64,000 nt of DNA from assembly GCA_049724395.1 (NCBI GenBank), contig JAUGWO010000060.1:1-64000 (forward strand), written 5' to 3'. Numbering within the stretch: position 1 is the stretch's first letter; every line of letters starts with the position of its first letter. Source of the DNA: Spongospora subterranea f. sp. subterranea (Eukaryota). Below, in pieces: positions 35,244 through 48,478 of the stretch. Position numbers and translations under genes: made by a program. Under the pieces are notes generated by a model. The model was not told the origin of the DNA and ran no database searches. It saw only the letters and a program-made list of their open reading frames with translations.

Positions 35244-38170
35244 TCACGGCAGTTCATTATAATACCCTGATAATGACGCCCGGCGCCTAATTGACCCTAT
35301 ACCCAATTTCGTATTCGATATCACACCCAGACACAACATCTCATTCAACGCTCGCGTCTTCTCACCTAATGTACTCCCATTCACAACCAGAATCGCACAC
35401 AATACCAGACTGGTTTCGATCAATAACCGTTCAAAAACCAATGAAATGTGATTTGTGTTGAACCTACTTATGAGCTGTTTATAGATGTGCCAATTCTCTG
35501 TGGGAAATAATCTAATAAATCTCCCTCTCCGTCTGTATTCCAGTTCGGTTTCCATTGTGATGATCTTCACCAGAGCCACCGATCGATCATCATTTGCCGA
35601 TTTCCCTCCCAGTGTTCGACTGGGACACCCCGTTGAATACCTTCAACGTCATTCGTCAGACCAGATCTCATTGAACAATAACTGGACAGTGTCGACAATG
35701 ATATGTGAAATCAATCGAAATACCCAGTTGCGATCGGGCAATCGGGACATACCCAGATGGTGAACCGTCATTGGTCACGTTCTGTCTGGCCATATCAACG
35801 TCCTTTACCGCAATGATGTTCAATGTATCGGTCAACACCGACGACTGAATAAACCACAACATGTTGATTTGGCTCTGTGGAACAGCGACGAAAGGGAATT
35901 ACGGCGATACCTTGGTCTTAAGGTCTAAAGGGGAATCACATCTCAACGATGGCGATAGGTTGATCTCCAGTAACCAGGGACGTAATTGACGATCGAGAAT
36001 GATATCGAACCTGAGAGAATCGATTGAGGGAGCTATGGTGAGGATGGGGTCAACGGGGGCAAATCTCAGATCCCCACCCGAGAAGAGCGAAACAGGAATC
36101 GCGATTGAAATTCCCCGATTCCATGGCCAGATTAACGATCGGTTCAATACTGATAATCGCCTTCACCACAACATCGTGTATCCTCTTCTTGGCGTAATGA
36201 GTATTGTACCTGATATCGATCAGACTCAAATTCCTCAAACCGACGACGATTGTGTTGTCGTTGACGACTAGGTCACGTCCGTTTGACAAAGCAGTTTTTG
36301 TTGTCGAACTCGGAAAACACCGAAATGACGTTTTGGAGAAACTGATGACGATGAACGATTTACCCATTTGCGGTTAATGTTGACCATAACCACGATAGAC
36401 TCCGTTTGTGCCCAATATCGTCGGCGGTCGCGTCCGAATTCCCGATATAGTTCGGGGAATGTTTGTTGACAGCCGTATTGGTCAGGTGGACAAACCGATT
36501 ACCGAGATCGGCCAGATCGTATCTGAGACCAAGGAATCAGCGACAAACAATGAACGGGATCATCGTTTGGCGAACGACTTCTCTGTGGCGAATCGCACCA
36601 ATCCGTCCTCGTAAATATATAGACGAAGGGGATCGAAACTGGTCACCAGAACATAACAACGGATGTCGAACTTGTGTTGATCGATCAACAAAGGCTGATC
36701 GATATATCTGATTGAGCACAGGAGTTCACGACAAGGAATGAACAGATTGGGAACAGAGAAGGACGACCGACTTTGACACAATACAGGGCGATAATGATAA
36801 TATTAACGATAATGATCGCGATATCACTATTCCTTTACCCTATTCACAAACACATATTTCAGGTGATCGAGATGATAAAACCCCTCGAGAATGAGCTCAA
36901 GGGGAAATCAATATCGGGTCGTGATGATAACGGTGTCGATATGTTGTGGAAATGGCGATAGATGAGGGAATAACCTGAGAGCTGGCGAAGGGCTTCACAA
37001 TCCATAAGGCGGTCGATTGGGATCGTTCATGGGTCAACGTCAGTCGTTTGGCGTCTTCGGGAAGACAGAACGATTCGGGGAAGAAGTTGACCACCTTCAA
37101 CACACACAGGTGATTGTGAATATTCCCATTAAAGGCGATTAAAACGGGGAATATATCTCCCCATCGCCCCCTGTGATCCATTAAAACACCTTTCGTCCAT
37201 GAATCTGCTGCATTCGCGATATGTTCCTGAACAGCGTGTCCTTCCTCGTGATCTCGTTCAACTTCGGGAATCGATTCACCTTCTGGTCCCTGATGGGAAT
37301 CGTTGAGATATCAGAGAACAATCGTCATATACAGAGATGGGTTTAACGGTTCGACCAACTTCATCAAATTGTTAAATATTGGTGAACGGGATTTGCCATT
37401 GACCCAGAGAATATTCCAATCGTTCCTGGTTGTGCGGCGGAAGTTCTATAAACGACACACGAGATGAACGGGATTGGGATTTGGGGATTTGAGGAGGAGG
37501 AACCTGATTGGACATGATCATCTGGAACAGACGCGATTCACCATGAACTAGTTTATATGTGAGATGGGCTGGACGACGACAGGAGATCACAGGATCAATA
37601 TCGCCATCGCCATCACCCTCTGAGATCAGCACAGCACGATCAGGGAACGGCGATCGTCGGATGGCGATGACGATGGGGGTGGTGGATAACGAGGGGAAAT
37701 AACGAGGGGAAATGGACAATAACAACGGGGTGATCTGATACGATATCGTATTACTGATATTATCGTCAGTGATTAAATCAATGGTGAAATCGACAAGTCT
37801 CTTTCTGGGTCCCTTTGACGATGACGATGACGATGTCGTATCGGTGTTCCCCTTGATGGGTATCCTGTTCCCGTGTAATCGCTTCATTAATCGATCAGCC
37901 AATGGCCTGATCTGTGTGTGGCGATCAGACAATGATGACGATAATGGGCAGACGATTACTGTGAACCTTTGGTGAATATCGTGTGGTGTTGTCCGATATC
38001 GATAACGACGGTAATCGTATTGGGGGAGCGATATTGATTAAGGACGTGGCGAAACTGGTATTACGATCGTAATACTGTTCGAGATGGGTTTGATGTCGTA
38101 TTGTATTGGATGAGGTGCTGATCCAGTGCATTCGATGACGATGATGATGATGATGTTGATCGGACAACAC
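35244..38170 (-). CDS. Tubulin-tyrosine ligase-like (TTLL4/5-type) polyglutamylase, multi-exon; ends approximate
   Basis: [94 protein letters not shown]. Confidence 0.9.
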
Positions 38171-38516
38171 AGAGAGAGGGCGGCGATAAACGGCGGGTCG
38201 TAAAGGAGGATCGGTCCCCCCTGTTCATATAACTAGTGGATTATCGTCAAAAGGGTACTCGACACCCAAATAATCGCTGGATATAATCGATAGAACACTG
38301 ATCACGATATATCGCCATCGTTCATAGGGTGATATCGACCAGGGAGTTATCGGTTATCGATATCAGGTCAAATACCGATAACGAATGTTGTGATCTGTGG
38401 GGATTATCAACAAAGGAGATAGCCAGAGCCGGTTAATGGGGATCAGGTCGATATCGCCATTGGACTGAACCGGGGTCAAATGGCGATATTGATATCGGAT
38501 AATGTGTCGACAACAA

Positions 38517-40793
38517 TTAAATGACGACAAGAGATTGACCATTATGGTCCAGAACGATCTGATCAATAACTGGGGAATATCCTATTGGTTTATTGGCGAT
38601 TGAATATATTGTAGAAGATCGTGTGCGATCTGACGCGACGCGGATGGGCAATCTGATCTGGTTATGAGGCGATGAAGGGCGGCGATAACCTAAACCGCGA
38701 TCAGGGAGAGTTGAATGGCGATCGAGGAGGGAGATATCGCTCACCGATTGGGGTATTGGAACACGATGGCGATGGGATATAGTGATCCATGGCAATATAT
38801 TGTCAAGGAACTGTCCCTGGTTCACCATCTCCTCGAATCGCGATAGCAATCCCGACCAGCAATCCCCATTGATATCGCCCTCGTCCTTCACACTCATTCG
38901 CCCCAATAATCGCACTATCGTCCACAACATCATCAAATGCGATTCCAATGAACTGTGTCGAACGGCGGTGACGACGGTGCCGATATCAAATTACCTAAAT
39001 AAACGGGATCCTGTTGTGCGATGGCGCTATTGATTGCCAGATCGACACGATCACGATCGTATAACGACATGATCTTATCCCAGATAGGATCACGATGATC
39101 GCGATCACGTTCGTGTGTGATCGACTCGAGAGCGGTCAATCGGGAATTGATCCTGATGATCCCATCTTCCAAGGCCGAACACAATCCCTGAACGGTTCTG
39201 GTCAGGTGTCGCTGTTGTCGTTCGAGTTTCACGATCGGTGTCGGGTTGACGGATGGCGATAACAGGTTCGGGATCGGGTCGAATGGTGTGGCGATGGCTG
39301 GATCAGGTTCGATCGGTGGTGGTTGTCGTGTCGTCGTCGTCGTCATCACACCGTTATCGACAGGGGGATATTCCCCGACACGATCATCATCATCGCACAC
39401 GATCGTCGTCTCAACAGATCTCCACCTAAACTCACACGTTATTCGTCGTCAACTTCAAAACCGGGAACTGATCGTGGAATCCGATGGGAAAAACGTCGTG
39501 AACGACAATGATGAAATTAACGATAATGTTGTTCTAACTTGGTGATTGCAGATAGAGCAGATTGACGAACACGACCGATTCTGTGGAATCGTATTCGATC
39601 AAGGGCCGTTAACACCTCGTGTGAATATATTGGGGAATAGGTGTTTGTCGCCCAATGCTCCAGGGATTCAACACCGCCCAGCACGATCGGCCACGATGTC
39701 GCCGATAACGCGCCGATCATGGCCCGGAACAGGTTCGGGACGTTCCCCGACGACGAGCAGATATCGGGCGATAACGCCCCGATCGCACCTAACAGATTAC
39801 GATGAAAGACGACACTAGATCGTGGGCAACGACTTAAACAGCGACAGATCAATGACACGATTCGATCTGGGACAAAACACGAATTAGATCGCGATCAGAT
39901 CACGAACAGTAAAAGTTCAAAAACTGTTTCCTCAAAATGTGTTTCGTCGTTGAAATCCGTTTCGAACGAGGTCGTGTTGGTCGGACCGTATGATCTGTGA
40001 ATGAGATCGATCGGGGATCGGATGATGACCTGGGTCAGGGCACGAGCGGCCGATCCCTGAATCGGGGGCGTCTTATTGGCCATAATCGTCGATAGCGACG
40101 CGATGATCGTGGTCATGATCGACCCGTTATCGCTATCGTCGTCCCCATCACCGTCCTTATTACGATCGCACCGATAGACCGACACCAATTCACCCAATGA
40201 CATCGCCCTAATTCAACAACAAACGTTAATCCCATCGTGGACCACAATCAGAAACATCGTCGAAATCCCCCCAGAGTAATTCCATCAGAAAATCGTTGTC
40301 GAATCGATGAACATTGCCAACTCAGTGAAGAAGGCGATAATTGGACAATTGGCGATGGTGATGATGATGACGAGGGTGTTCTAGACGATACCCCGATTCC
40401 TGAACATGATGATCGGGATCCTGTAAACTCTTCATCATCGCCGACACGATCCGTTGCCCATATGGTCTCAGAGCGGATGGGCGGGCGATCGCCAGACGCC
40501 CCAGCTGTTGGACCATGATCGCCCTGGCCATCGGCTTCTGGTGTCTGACACCACCGCCACCGCCGCCCCCTACAGATCACGAATCAATCGCCCCCGCCCC
40601 TTCGCCCAGATCTCGATCACCGACCTTGACAAAGACAATCCAATAGAATCGGGATCAATTCGATATCGATGTGATTGACGAATAGCGATAGACTCTGTTG
40701 AGACGCCGATCGGGTGTCGATATCGTTCAAACGGTCTAAGACGACGAGAAGGCGGTGGTGGAGATTACCCAATGGATATGGGTTGATCGCCAT
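38517..40793 (-). CDS. TORTIFOLIA1/SPIRAL2-like HEAT-repeat microtubule protein, multi-exon; 3' end approximate
   Basis: LDRLNDIDTR...IPILLDCL N-terminus, KSLQDPDHHVQE, RIRFHRIGRVRQSA, coiled coil LERQQRHL...RLTALE, C-terminal WDKIMSLY...VDLAINSAI. Confidence 0.65.
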
Positions 40794-41390
40794 TATCTCA
40801 GACGACCACGACCGGGAACACCAACAGAAACGAGGGCGATATCGCTATCGGGTCATTGAGGTGATGACGATATATATTATAAAGGATCGGTCGGGAGGGT
40901 GTGTCGGTGGTGGTACCCTTCTCCCCCCAATAGATCAGGACGATCACGATCGAGATGGGATCGGGACGTGGCGGGGGGTCATTCGGGCAGTGTCATCGAC
41001 CGCGATATCAATGATCGATATCAACACATCTTCCTCCCTGGTCGGGAATAATTCCCAACAGATCACCCGATATCGTATTCGGGGTCGATCGCCCCGACAA
41101 GATCAGCTCCTGGTTAACACGACGACCACCACAACCGGTGGGGAATATCGCCACAATAATCCCTGGTCTGATCCCGATTAGGAAATGGGAATTGTGGTCA
41201 ATATCGGTTAAAACGACTGTGGAGATATATTCTGATCTGTTCTATAAGATCAACAAAGGAATAACTCTTAAACCCTCTTCGACACGACTTTACGACAACA
41301 GAATCACTTCCGATTCCGAATCGACGAAACCGTAAAACGAATGACACAGGTCGATCGGTGAATATATTCTGAACCTGGTTCACGATGTGT

Positions 41391-43266
41391 TTATCGATCC
41401 ATTTTCTTGAACTGGACGAGCTGATGAAGAAGCGATATGAGTATCTGTGTGGGCAATAATCGCTGATCGGATTGAGATACGGCCGATATCTCCCCCGCTT
41501 CCTGGACGAACCATTCCAGGTCCTGTTCGTCGCATTTGTTGCAGAGCTGGGCGAGGCGGATCTTACGGCTGGCGAAGTGATCGTCGAGATCGAACAGCTC
41601 CAATGGCGGTGGAGGAATCTCCCTGAACAGACAAGTTCGTCAACGGATCAACACCCTCAGACGACAGCGAAAATCGCGATGAAATGGGAAAACGAATGAG
41701 ATCGGGTGTGAACGATGGCGGTGATGGAATCGACCTAAGACATGGGGGAAATACAGCCGGCTGTAATTTAGGTTGAGGAACGTCGAATTCGGGGGGAATC
41801 AGCGTCAACGGCGCGTTGGGCAGATCGATCGACGTGGCCAACACGATCGACTCCGGGATCATATCGACGGTCAGTTCGAACAGACGATGGTCGAAGAGCT
41901 GGGTGAAATCCTGAGGGAGCTCCTCACTCTCCTGTTGTTTGTGGGACGATCAGAGGGCGCCGCGATGGCGATAAAACCCGGGCGGGGGCGGGACGGACCT
42001 GAAGACAGACGTGAAGCTGATTGGCCAACGCCCCGATATTCGGACACGAACAGGGTTCGCCCGATTCGGAATAATCGCCATCACACGGTGGAATATCGAC
42101 ACGATCTATCAAAGGCCAATCTCGATCAGATTCCGTTTTGGCGAATCGACAGAACCCATTTCTGGCGCCGAATCGACAACGGCGGATTGTGTGGGCGGGA
42201 GATTACCGAGTAATAGTTTGAGAATCGCGTTGAGCAGAGGGAGGTTCTGCTCCTTATCGAGATAGTCGTCGTGGAACACGGCCGACGATCCGATCACGAC
42301 AACCGTGGACGATCGGGAACCGGACGACGGACGAACGGCGGCGGCGATCGTCCGATGCGACGGGAACGAGAGCGCGTCCGTCTGCAGGATCGGGATCGCC
42401 GGTCGTTCGTGGTCGATTGTGCACCCGAACGGGTAAACGATCGCGAACCCGTCACTGAAAACACGACAGATCAAACGATCGATATTCCTCATCGAATCGT
42501 TGATGTTTTTACGAATTAGATTGTGGCGGATCGAACTCCTTCGAATCGTATCGCGATTCGCGTCGCCCCGATAGTTTGTCGAGTTTGGAGTTCATTGGGT
42601 TTTCGATCAGGACCTGATTTCGTCGTTCAACAGCACATCGGCGTCGTCGCGAACCGAAACCGACGAACCTGTTTCGGGTGGAAATATTTGTGGTAAACGT
42701 GTCGGGCGACGCCATCGTTATTGAGGGTGATCCCGAGGGATTGCAGGAAGTCGTTGAGCGGGGCGGCGGGGGCATCGGACCCGTCCGACCCCAGAACCAG
42801 AACCGCCCCCGATCCCGACTCGACGTACTCGTTCATGGCGTTGAGCTCGGGAGGGGAAAGGGGCTCACGAGCACCGCCCAATATCAATAACGACGCGCTC
42901 CTCAATAACTCCCCTGTTATTTCACCACCGTTTCTACAGAACAACAACAGATTCAGTCGACGACAATCACGATCCGTTGAACGATATTCGTCGGAAAAAA
43001 AAACAACGTCGTTCAACGAACGTTTCAGGTGAAGTTGATGAGAATCGGATCGTTCGTCATCACAGATATGATGACGATGGCGATGGTGATGGGAATTACG
43101 TGATAACATTATGATGTTGTTTAAGGCGGCGGTGGAATGATTTGTATCCATTAGTGGGCGTGTAGAGCTCGTTCTTGGACAGATCGAAAACCACGACCCG
43201 ATCGTGTTTTCCGCCTTCGGGTCGCGTCCCCGTTCCCGACAGATTCCCTTTCTGATCGCCATTCAT
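41391..43266 (-). CDS. IFT52: Intraflagellar transport protein 52, multi-exon
   Basis: VFDLSKNELYTPTNGYKSF, VARHVYHKYFHPK, IVYPFGCTI, LIPPEFDVPQPKLQPAVFPP, LFDLDDHFAS..RLAQLCNKC. Confidence 0.95.
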
Positions 43267-44031
43267 TGGTGGTGGTGGTTGTGGTTGTTGGGCCCTTGAA
43301 CTGCCCCAACAACTTCACTAAAACCCTTCACCGAGTGAGGCGCTCGTCATTACTGATCGTCTCAGAGAAACGGGGCCAGAACACACAAAAGGGGGTCAAA
43401 ACCGACTAAAGAGAACAGTATTGGACCTGGTTGATAGTGATTTACTGGTTCCGACTTGGGATTGTCCCTTCCTGGCCATTAATCTGGTCAAGGCGAGGTG
43501 CCGGTACCCCCTCGGCCACAATCACATCCGTTTAAAGATCGAGGGGCAATCCCGAGGTCGGTCGGTCCACGTCCTGGGCAACGACCGCGAAACTGATCGA
43601 AGAGTATTCCCCCAACTGACCTGATAGGGCATCAGCCGCCCTAATGCTGGATCGGTCGGAGATTGTCGAACGCCGCCGTGATCGCCGTCCCAGAACATTG
43701 GCAAATCATTGATAACGGTGCCGGTGCCGAAACCCTCTGACATCTTCAGTTCTGAGGGTCGTTGGTCGGGCGGCGGTGGCTGAAGGTAGAGGTGGCAATG
43801 GGGAACGGCGGATCTGGTCCATCGACAGGGCGTTCGCTGCCATGTCGGTGAGTGATGTGGGCATCGCTGTCACAACACAATAAAGGGCCAGTTGACCAAG
43901 TACTTTGTTGTTTCGTAAAAGCGGTCGACGATCGTACGAGTTATGACAATCTAAAGATGATGTATTGTGAGGAACATGATGACCAGATCGCGATCAAGAT
44001 GATGGGGACTCCGATCCCCCAGTTTTCCCGA

Positions 44032-47000
44032 TCACATCCTCTCGACCGCATTGATGCCCAGCAGGAATAAACACCTCTTGATAACGGCGGCGATCGCCGA
44101 GATGAACTCTAATCGTGTCGCCTTGAGATCGTCGCTAGCGGCTTCGTTCACTGGGGTGATCTCATACCTGAACACAAAAACCATTGTTGATATCCAATCA
44201 TCATAATATCACATCAATAGCGAGATCGGAACCGTTCGTGTTTGAACAAAATATAACGAAGAAGATATGGTTTGTGAAATTACCAGGAGTTAAAGTCTTT
44301 GGACAGATCGAACAGGTATTTGCACAGAATACTTGGTTTATATTCATAAGTCGCCTTCTCGATTGTGCTCCAGAAGTTGTTGACGGCGTAGAGCAACGTA
44401 CGGTCGTGATCGGTGTCCAACAGGGATAGATCGACCGTGGCGTTGGCCGGCCGGCTGACCTTGGCGATGATCGCCATGATACGCGCGTAGGCATAGCATA
44501 GGTAAGGACCTGCAATAGAACATTGCAGATTAAACATCACTCAAACAGGAAATGGAGAAATCAACTCGGACAGCGTTGGACAGGAAATTCAACAATTTTC
44601 GATGAGTGAAATTGAGTGTAAATTCTGATGAATGCTTTTTTGAACATAAACACAGAATGTTTCAACATCATCCTAACCTGTATCGCCGGTTTTGGCGGTC
44701 CAATCTTTCAGAACAAAGACGATATCTTTGACGGGATCCTGATTCAGCATTCGGTATTTAATCGTGGCCAAGGAGATGGCGTGGCACACTGTGTGTTCGC
44801 GATATGAGTATCAACGGGAATACGACACGAGGGCGGACGCGGGACAAACCAGTATCGATTTCTTTAGCATCCCAAACACCGACGTATTTTTTCAAGTACG
44901 TCTCCATGATTTCGGAAGTCTGAGCACACGATGGTCATAAACGTATTTTGATCGTTCTAACAACAGTATTTACCAGTTGGGCTTTGAGCTGGGAAAAGTA
45001 GATAATGGAGCCGTCACGAGAGCTCATCTTCCCTTGTGGGCCGACAACTTGACCATACGATAAGTGGAAACACTTCTTGGCCTGTTCATAACCTAAACAC
45101 AGCGATATGACACAACACATGTCGGTCGGGAACGATAGAATTACCGAGAAGATCAAGACAGGCGAATACTTGTTGAAAGTGCAGACTCTGGCCACTGTCC
45201 ACAACGTAGACGCTCCGCTCAATCTCAAATTCGCCAAATTTCCTCTAAATTCACATCTCAAAAGGGAGAAGGGAGCAGATCAAGCAAAAACTGATTTGGC
45301 GCAGACGTGATTTGAAACAATAATACTGAAATAAACAAAACACAAGAAAACGAGAGAATTATCGGGGTAAACCTGAGCTAGACTGAGATCTTTGGTGGCG
45401 TAGAGACCAGCGCCATTGGATTTGATCAAGACCAGGAATGGTAATGGGGGATTGGACTTGGACAGATCACAACCGATGGCGCCATTCGATTCCATCATGA
45501 CCCCACCTTCTTCGGGCGTTAACTTGTAGTTCGCCATGACCAGCTCCTTGCTCTCTTCGCTCACTTCGGATTCGAAGAACCAGTGATCGAATCGCTGTAA
45601 ATGGAGCAGGAACGTTAGCGAGGACATTCCAGCAAAAGCGGAAGGAGAGTGTCCTAACAGCTTCTAGCCAATCATAGATCGCGTTGAAATCATCCAAACT
45701 CCATTGTCTCGTGATCTTCCACAATTCGCATAGCTTTTCCTCACCGTTCTCAAGCTTCAATAGGATATCGTCAACTGAACAGATATCAATGAGGTCCAGA
45801 TACGAACGGGCCACATATGTAGACAAAGATTCAATGATCGAAACAGTAACAATTAGAACAGCAATGGGATACGGATGACTTCGAAATCGAAAGAATTCTA
45901 AAACTTAATGGCGAACACAAGTTAACAAGACATCGTTCCCTCTGTTCGGTTGAGAACCCCATTAGATGAGAATCCAATCTACCTTCTTTCTTTTTCTGGC
46001 GTTGTTGTTCCATGACCGACTCCACAACCGATTTATCGATTTTCCCAATTTCAATCATGGGTTCACCTGGTTGACATTCCTGTTCACGTGTTTAGAACGA
46101 CAAAGCACAGATTCTGCCGATGGCTCAACGAGATCCGACCTCCGGTATGACACAGATGATCTGATTGGCGATACCGCCACCAGCCTTCTTACCACCTTTA
46201 CCTTTGGCAGCGACGGGAGCATCAGATTCTGAATAAATTGTTGGTCGTTCAGGGGGATTGGCGAAGGCTGTGATGTGAAAGACGTACCCTTGGTGAGAGC
46301 GGTGACGATATCGGCTGGAGGGGAAAGACCCAATTCCGAATACGCCAAGATCATTCCGGATGAGTTCACGCCCTTGAAATCTTTAGGAACGATGAGCTGC
46401 TTCTTAAGCTTTGAACCCAATGGAATATACGCCACCATATCTCCAACCTTGAATGAACAAACCACAATATCAACCGAAAATTGACAAAAAAAGCTTAACA
46501 AAATCAAATTAGAGTTTGCCAAAACTGCATAAAAAGCACGGGCGTTTGGCAAATAAAAATAATTTTCACATCGAATTACCTTATAGCCGATTCCACCGCA
46601 AACAACGGTGATTGGTTGTGGTTGTCCAGCATCAACTGTGCAGACATGCCATGTCTTGGGGGCATCGGCCACCGGATGATCGTTAACCGTTAGGATTCTG
46701 GCCGCGATCACATTGGCGAACGGGTATCGGGTCAATGTCCTCAGATCGAGTTGGTCGTTAGCTTCAATATAGATCTTTCCCAGAAATTCCCCTCGACTGC
46801 CAACAAAAAACATGTGAGGAGAAAGCGTTGGAACTTTGGGAAGACGAGAAGAACATACGAGTCTTTGGGGACTTGTAAACCGGCCAGATCAACACCTTTC
46901 TCGGCCATGATCTGTTGAAGGCGCCAAAGGCATTTGCCAATGTGAGCACCTTCATCACCTGGATAAGTGGCGGCGACAACTTCATGACCCATTTGTTCAT

Positions 47001-47751
47001 AAAGGCGGATAACAGAGCCGCCCACAGCGCCACATTTCGCATATGTCCAACGTGGAACACCTGCTCGATCCTTTTAGAAAAGCCAAAAATTGAGGAATCG
47101 TTCATGATTTGATACCTTATGAGTGTTTGGCTGTGAATATTCAATCATCACCTTCTCCTGATTCACATGCGGCAATGGACTCAGGAACGATCCTTTGCAC
47201 AAGAAATCAGGAAATCAGCGAAAACCGAAGGAGCTCAACAAGATCAGGATAAGAACCGTGATTGATCGAATCAACGACAGAGGCGAAGAATTTCGAGGAA
47301 AGTTTAAGGTTGACGTAGGCGCCATTGGCGGAAGCACTGTCGAAATCTTGGATGAAGATAATGAGCGAAATGAGAATTTGGGGGGTCTAACGGAGCTACG
47401 AACATTTTGCGTATTGTTGATCAGTTTCGATGAGGTTATTGATGAAATCGGAACAAGCGCTAGCAATATCCTGATTCGGCACTCCAGGGATTAATTTACA
47501 GAACGATGAACACGGGAACATGAATTCGCCAGTTCCTCGGGTTCTTGGTCGTGACATACACTTCATGATAACTGGTTCCATCTGTCGCAAAACACACACA
47601 CACACCCGGACCCGGTCAGTTCCTGTTGGAGAAGGAGACAGCGAATATCCAGAACCTCTTGTGGGACGGTAGCGCCATATCGTTGGCGAACCGCTAAGAT
47701 GAGGGCGGCGACAAACTGGGTCTGGGCCTGTTCCAGGATATTGATGGACAT
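44032..47751 (-). CDS. RARS: Arginyl-tRNA synthetase with an inserted OB-fold tRNA-binding domain, many introns
   Basis: IEYSQPNTHK|VFHVGHMRN (HIGH), FDHWFFESE, GLYATKDL, KMSSRDG, GDTGPYLCYAYARI, LLGINAVERM*. Confidence 0.95.
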
Positions 47752-48478
47752 GACGACACCACAACGTGTTTAGTTGGCAGATTGGCACTGGGACCCGGAA
47801 TTCCGGCCATATCCCGTGGAGTTCCAGGGGGTCGGTCAACTGTCACTGTGGCGGACCACCGTGATGACCAACTCACGGACTCATCGGGATATGAACGATT
47901 TCATCCATCAATTCTGTTCAGCGTTCGACTGAATGAATATTCCAATCTGGTGGGTCGGGTTTGGTATACAGAGAAAGTGTGAGGTCGTGAGCGATATCAT
48001 TGATAGAGATTTTACGATTGGACGCCGACTTGGCCTATGGCGAGTGGTTTTGCGGAGTCGATTGGATATGAGATAATAGATGAATCGGCCATTAATAGCA
48101 TTTTGGAAGTCGGGTCATTCTCCTGATATCGTGTTCATCACTTGTGTATTCAGAATTCATCAATTATATATTCCCAGCGCCAAAAACCTGAGTCGTACAA
48201 GACCCGAGTTCAATCTTCTTCCTAGATCTAATTTAACAACTAGATTGGGGTGTTGCGTTCTCAATTCACGCCAAGAATCCTGTTGGATTGAAGGAGGCGT
48301 CCCCGGCTTAGCTGTTGCCGTTCCATTAGTCAAGAGTTAGGAAACCATCATCGAACAGTTCGGATATAGTCGCTGTTGAGGTAAAATGGAACGATAGTGC
48401 AAACAAGCACTGATGGCGCAATTAGAGTATTTATCTTCTGGCAAAAGTTGCAAATAAATGTATTGGTCATAGGATCGT

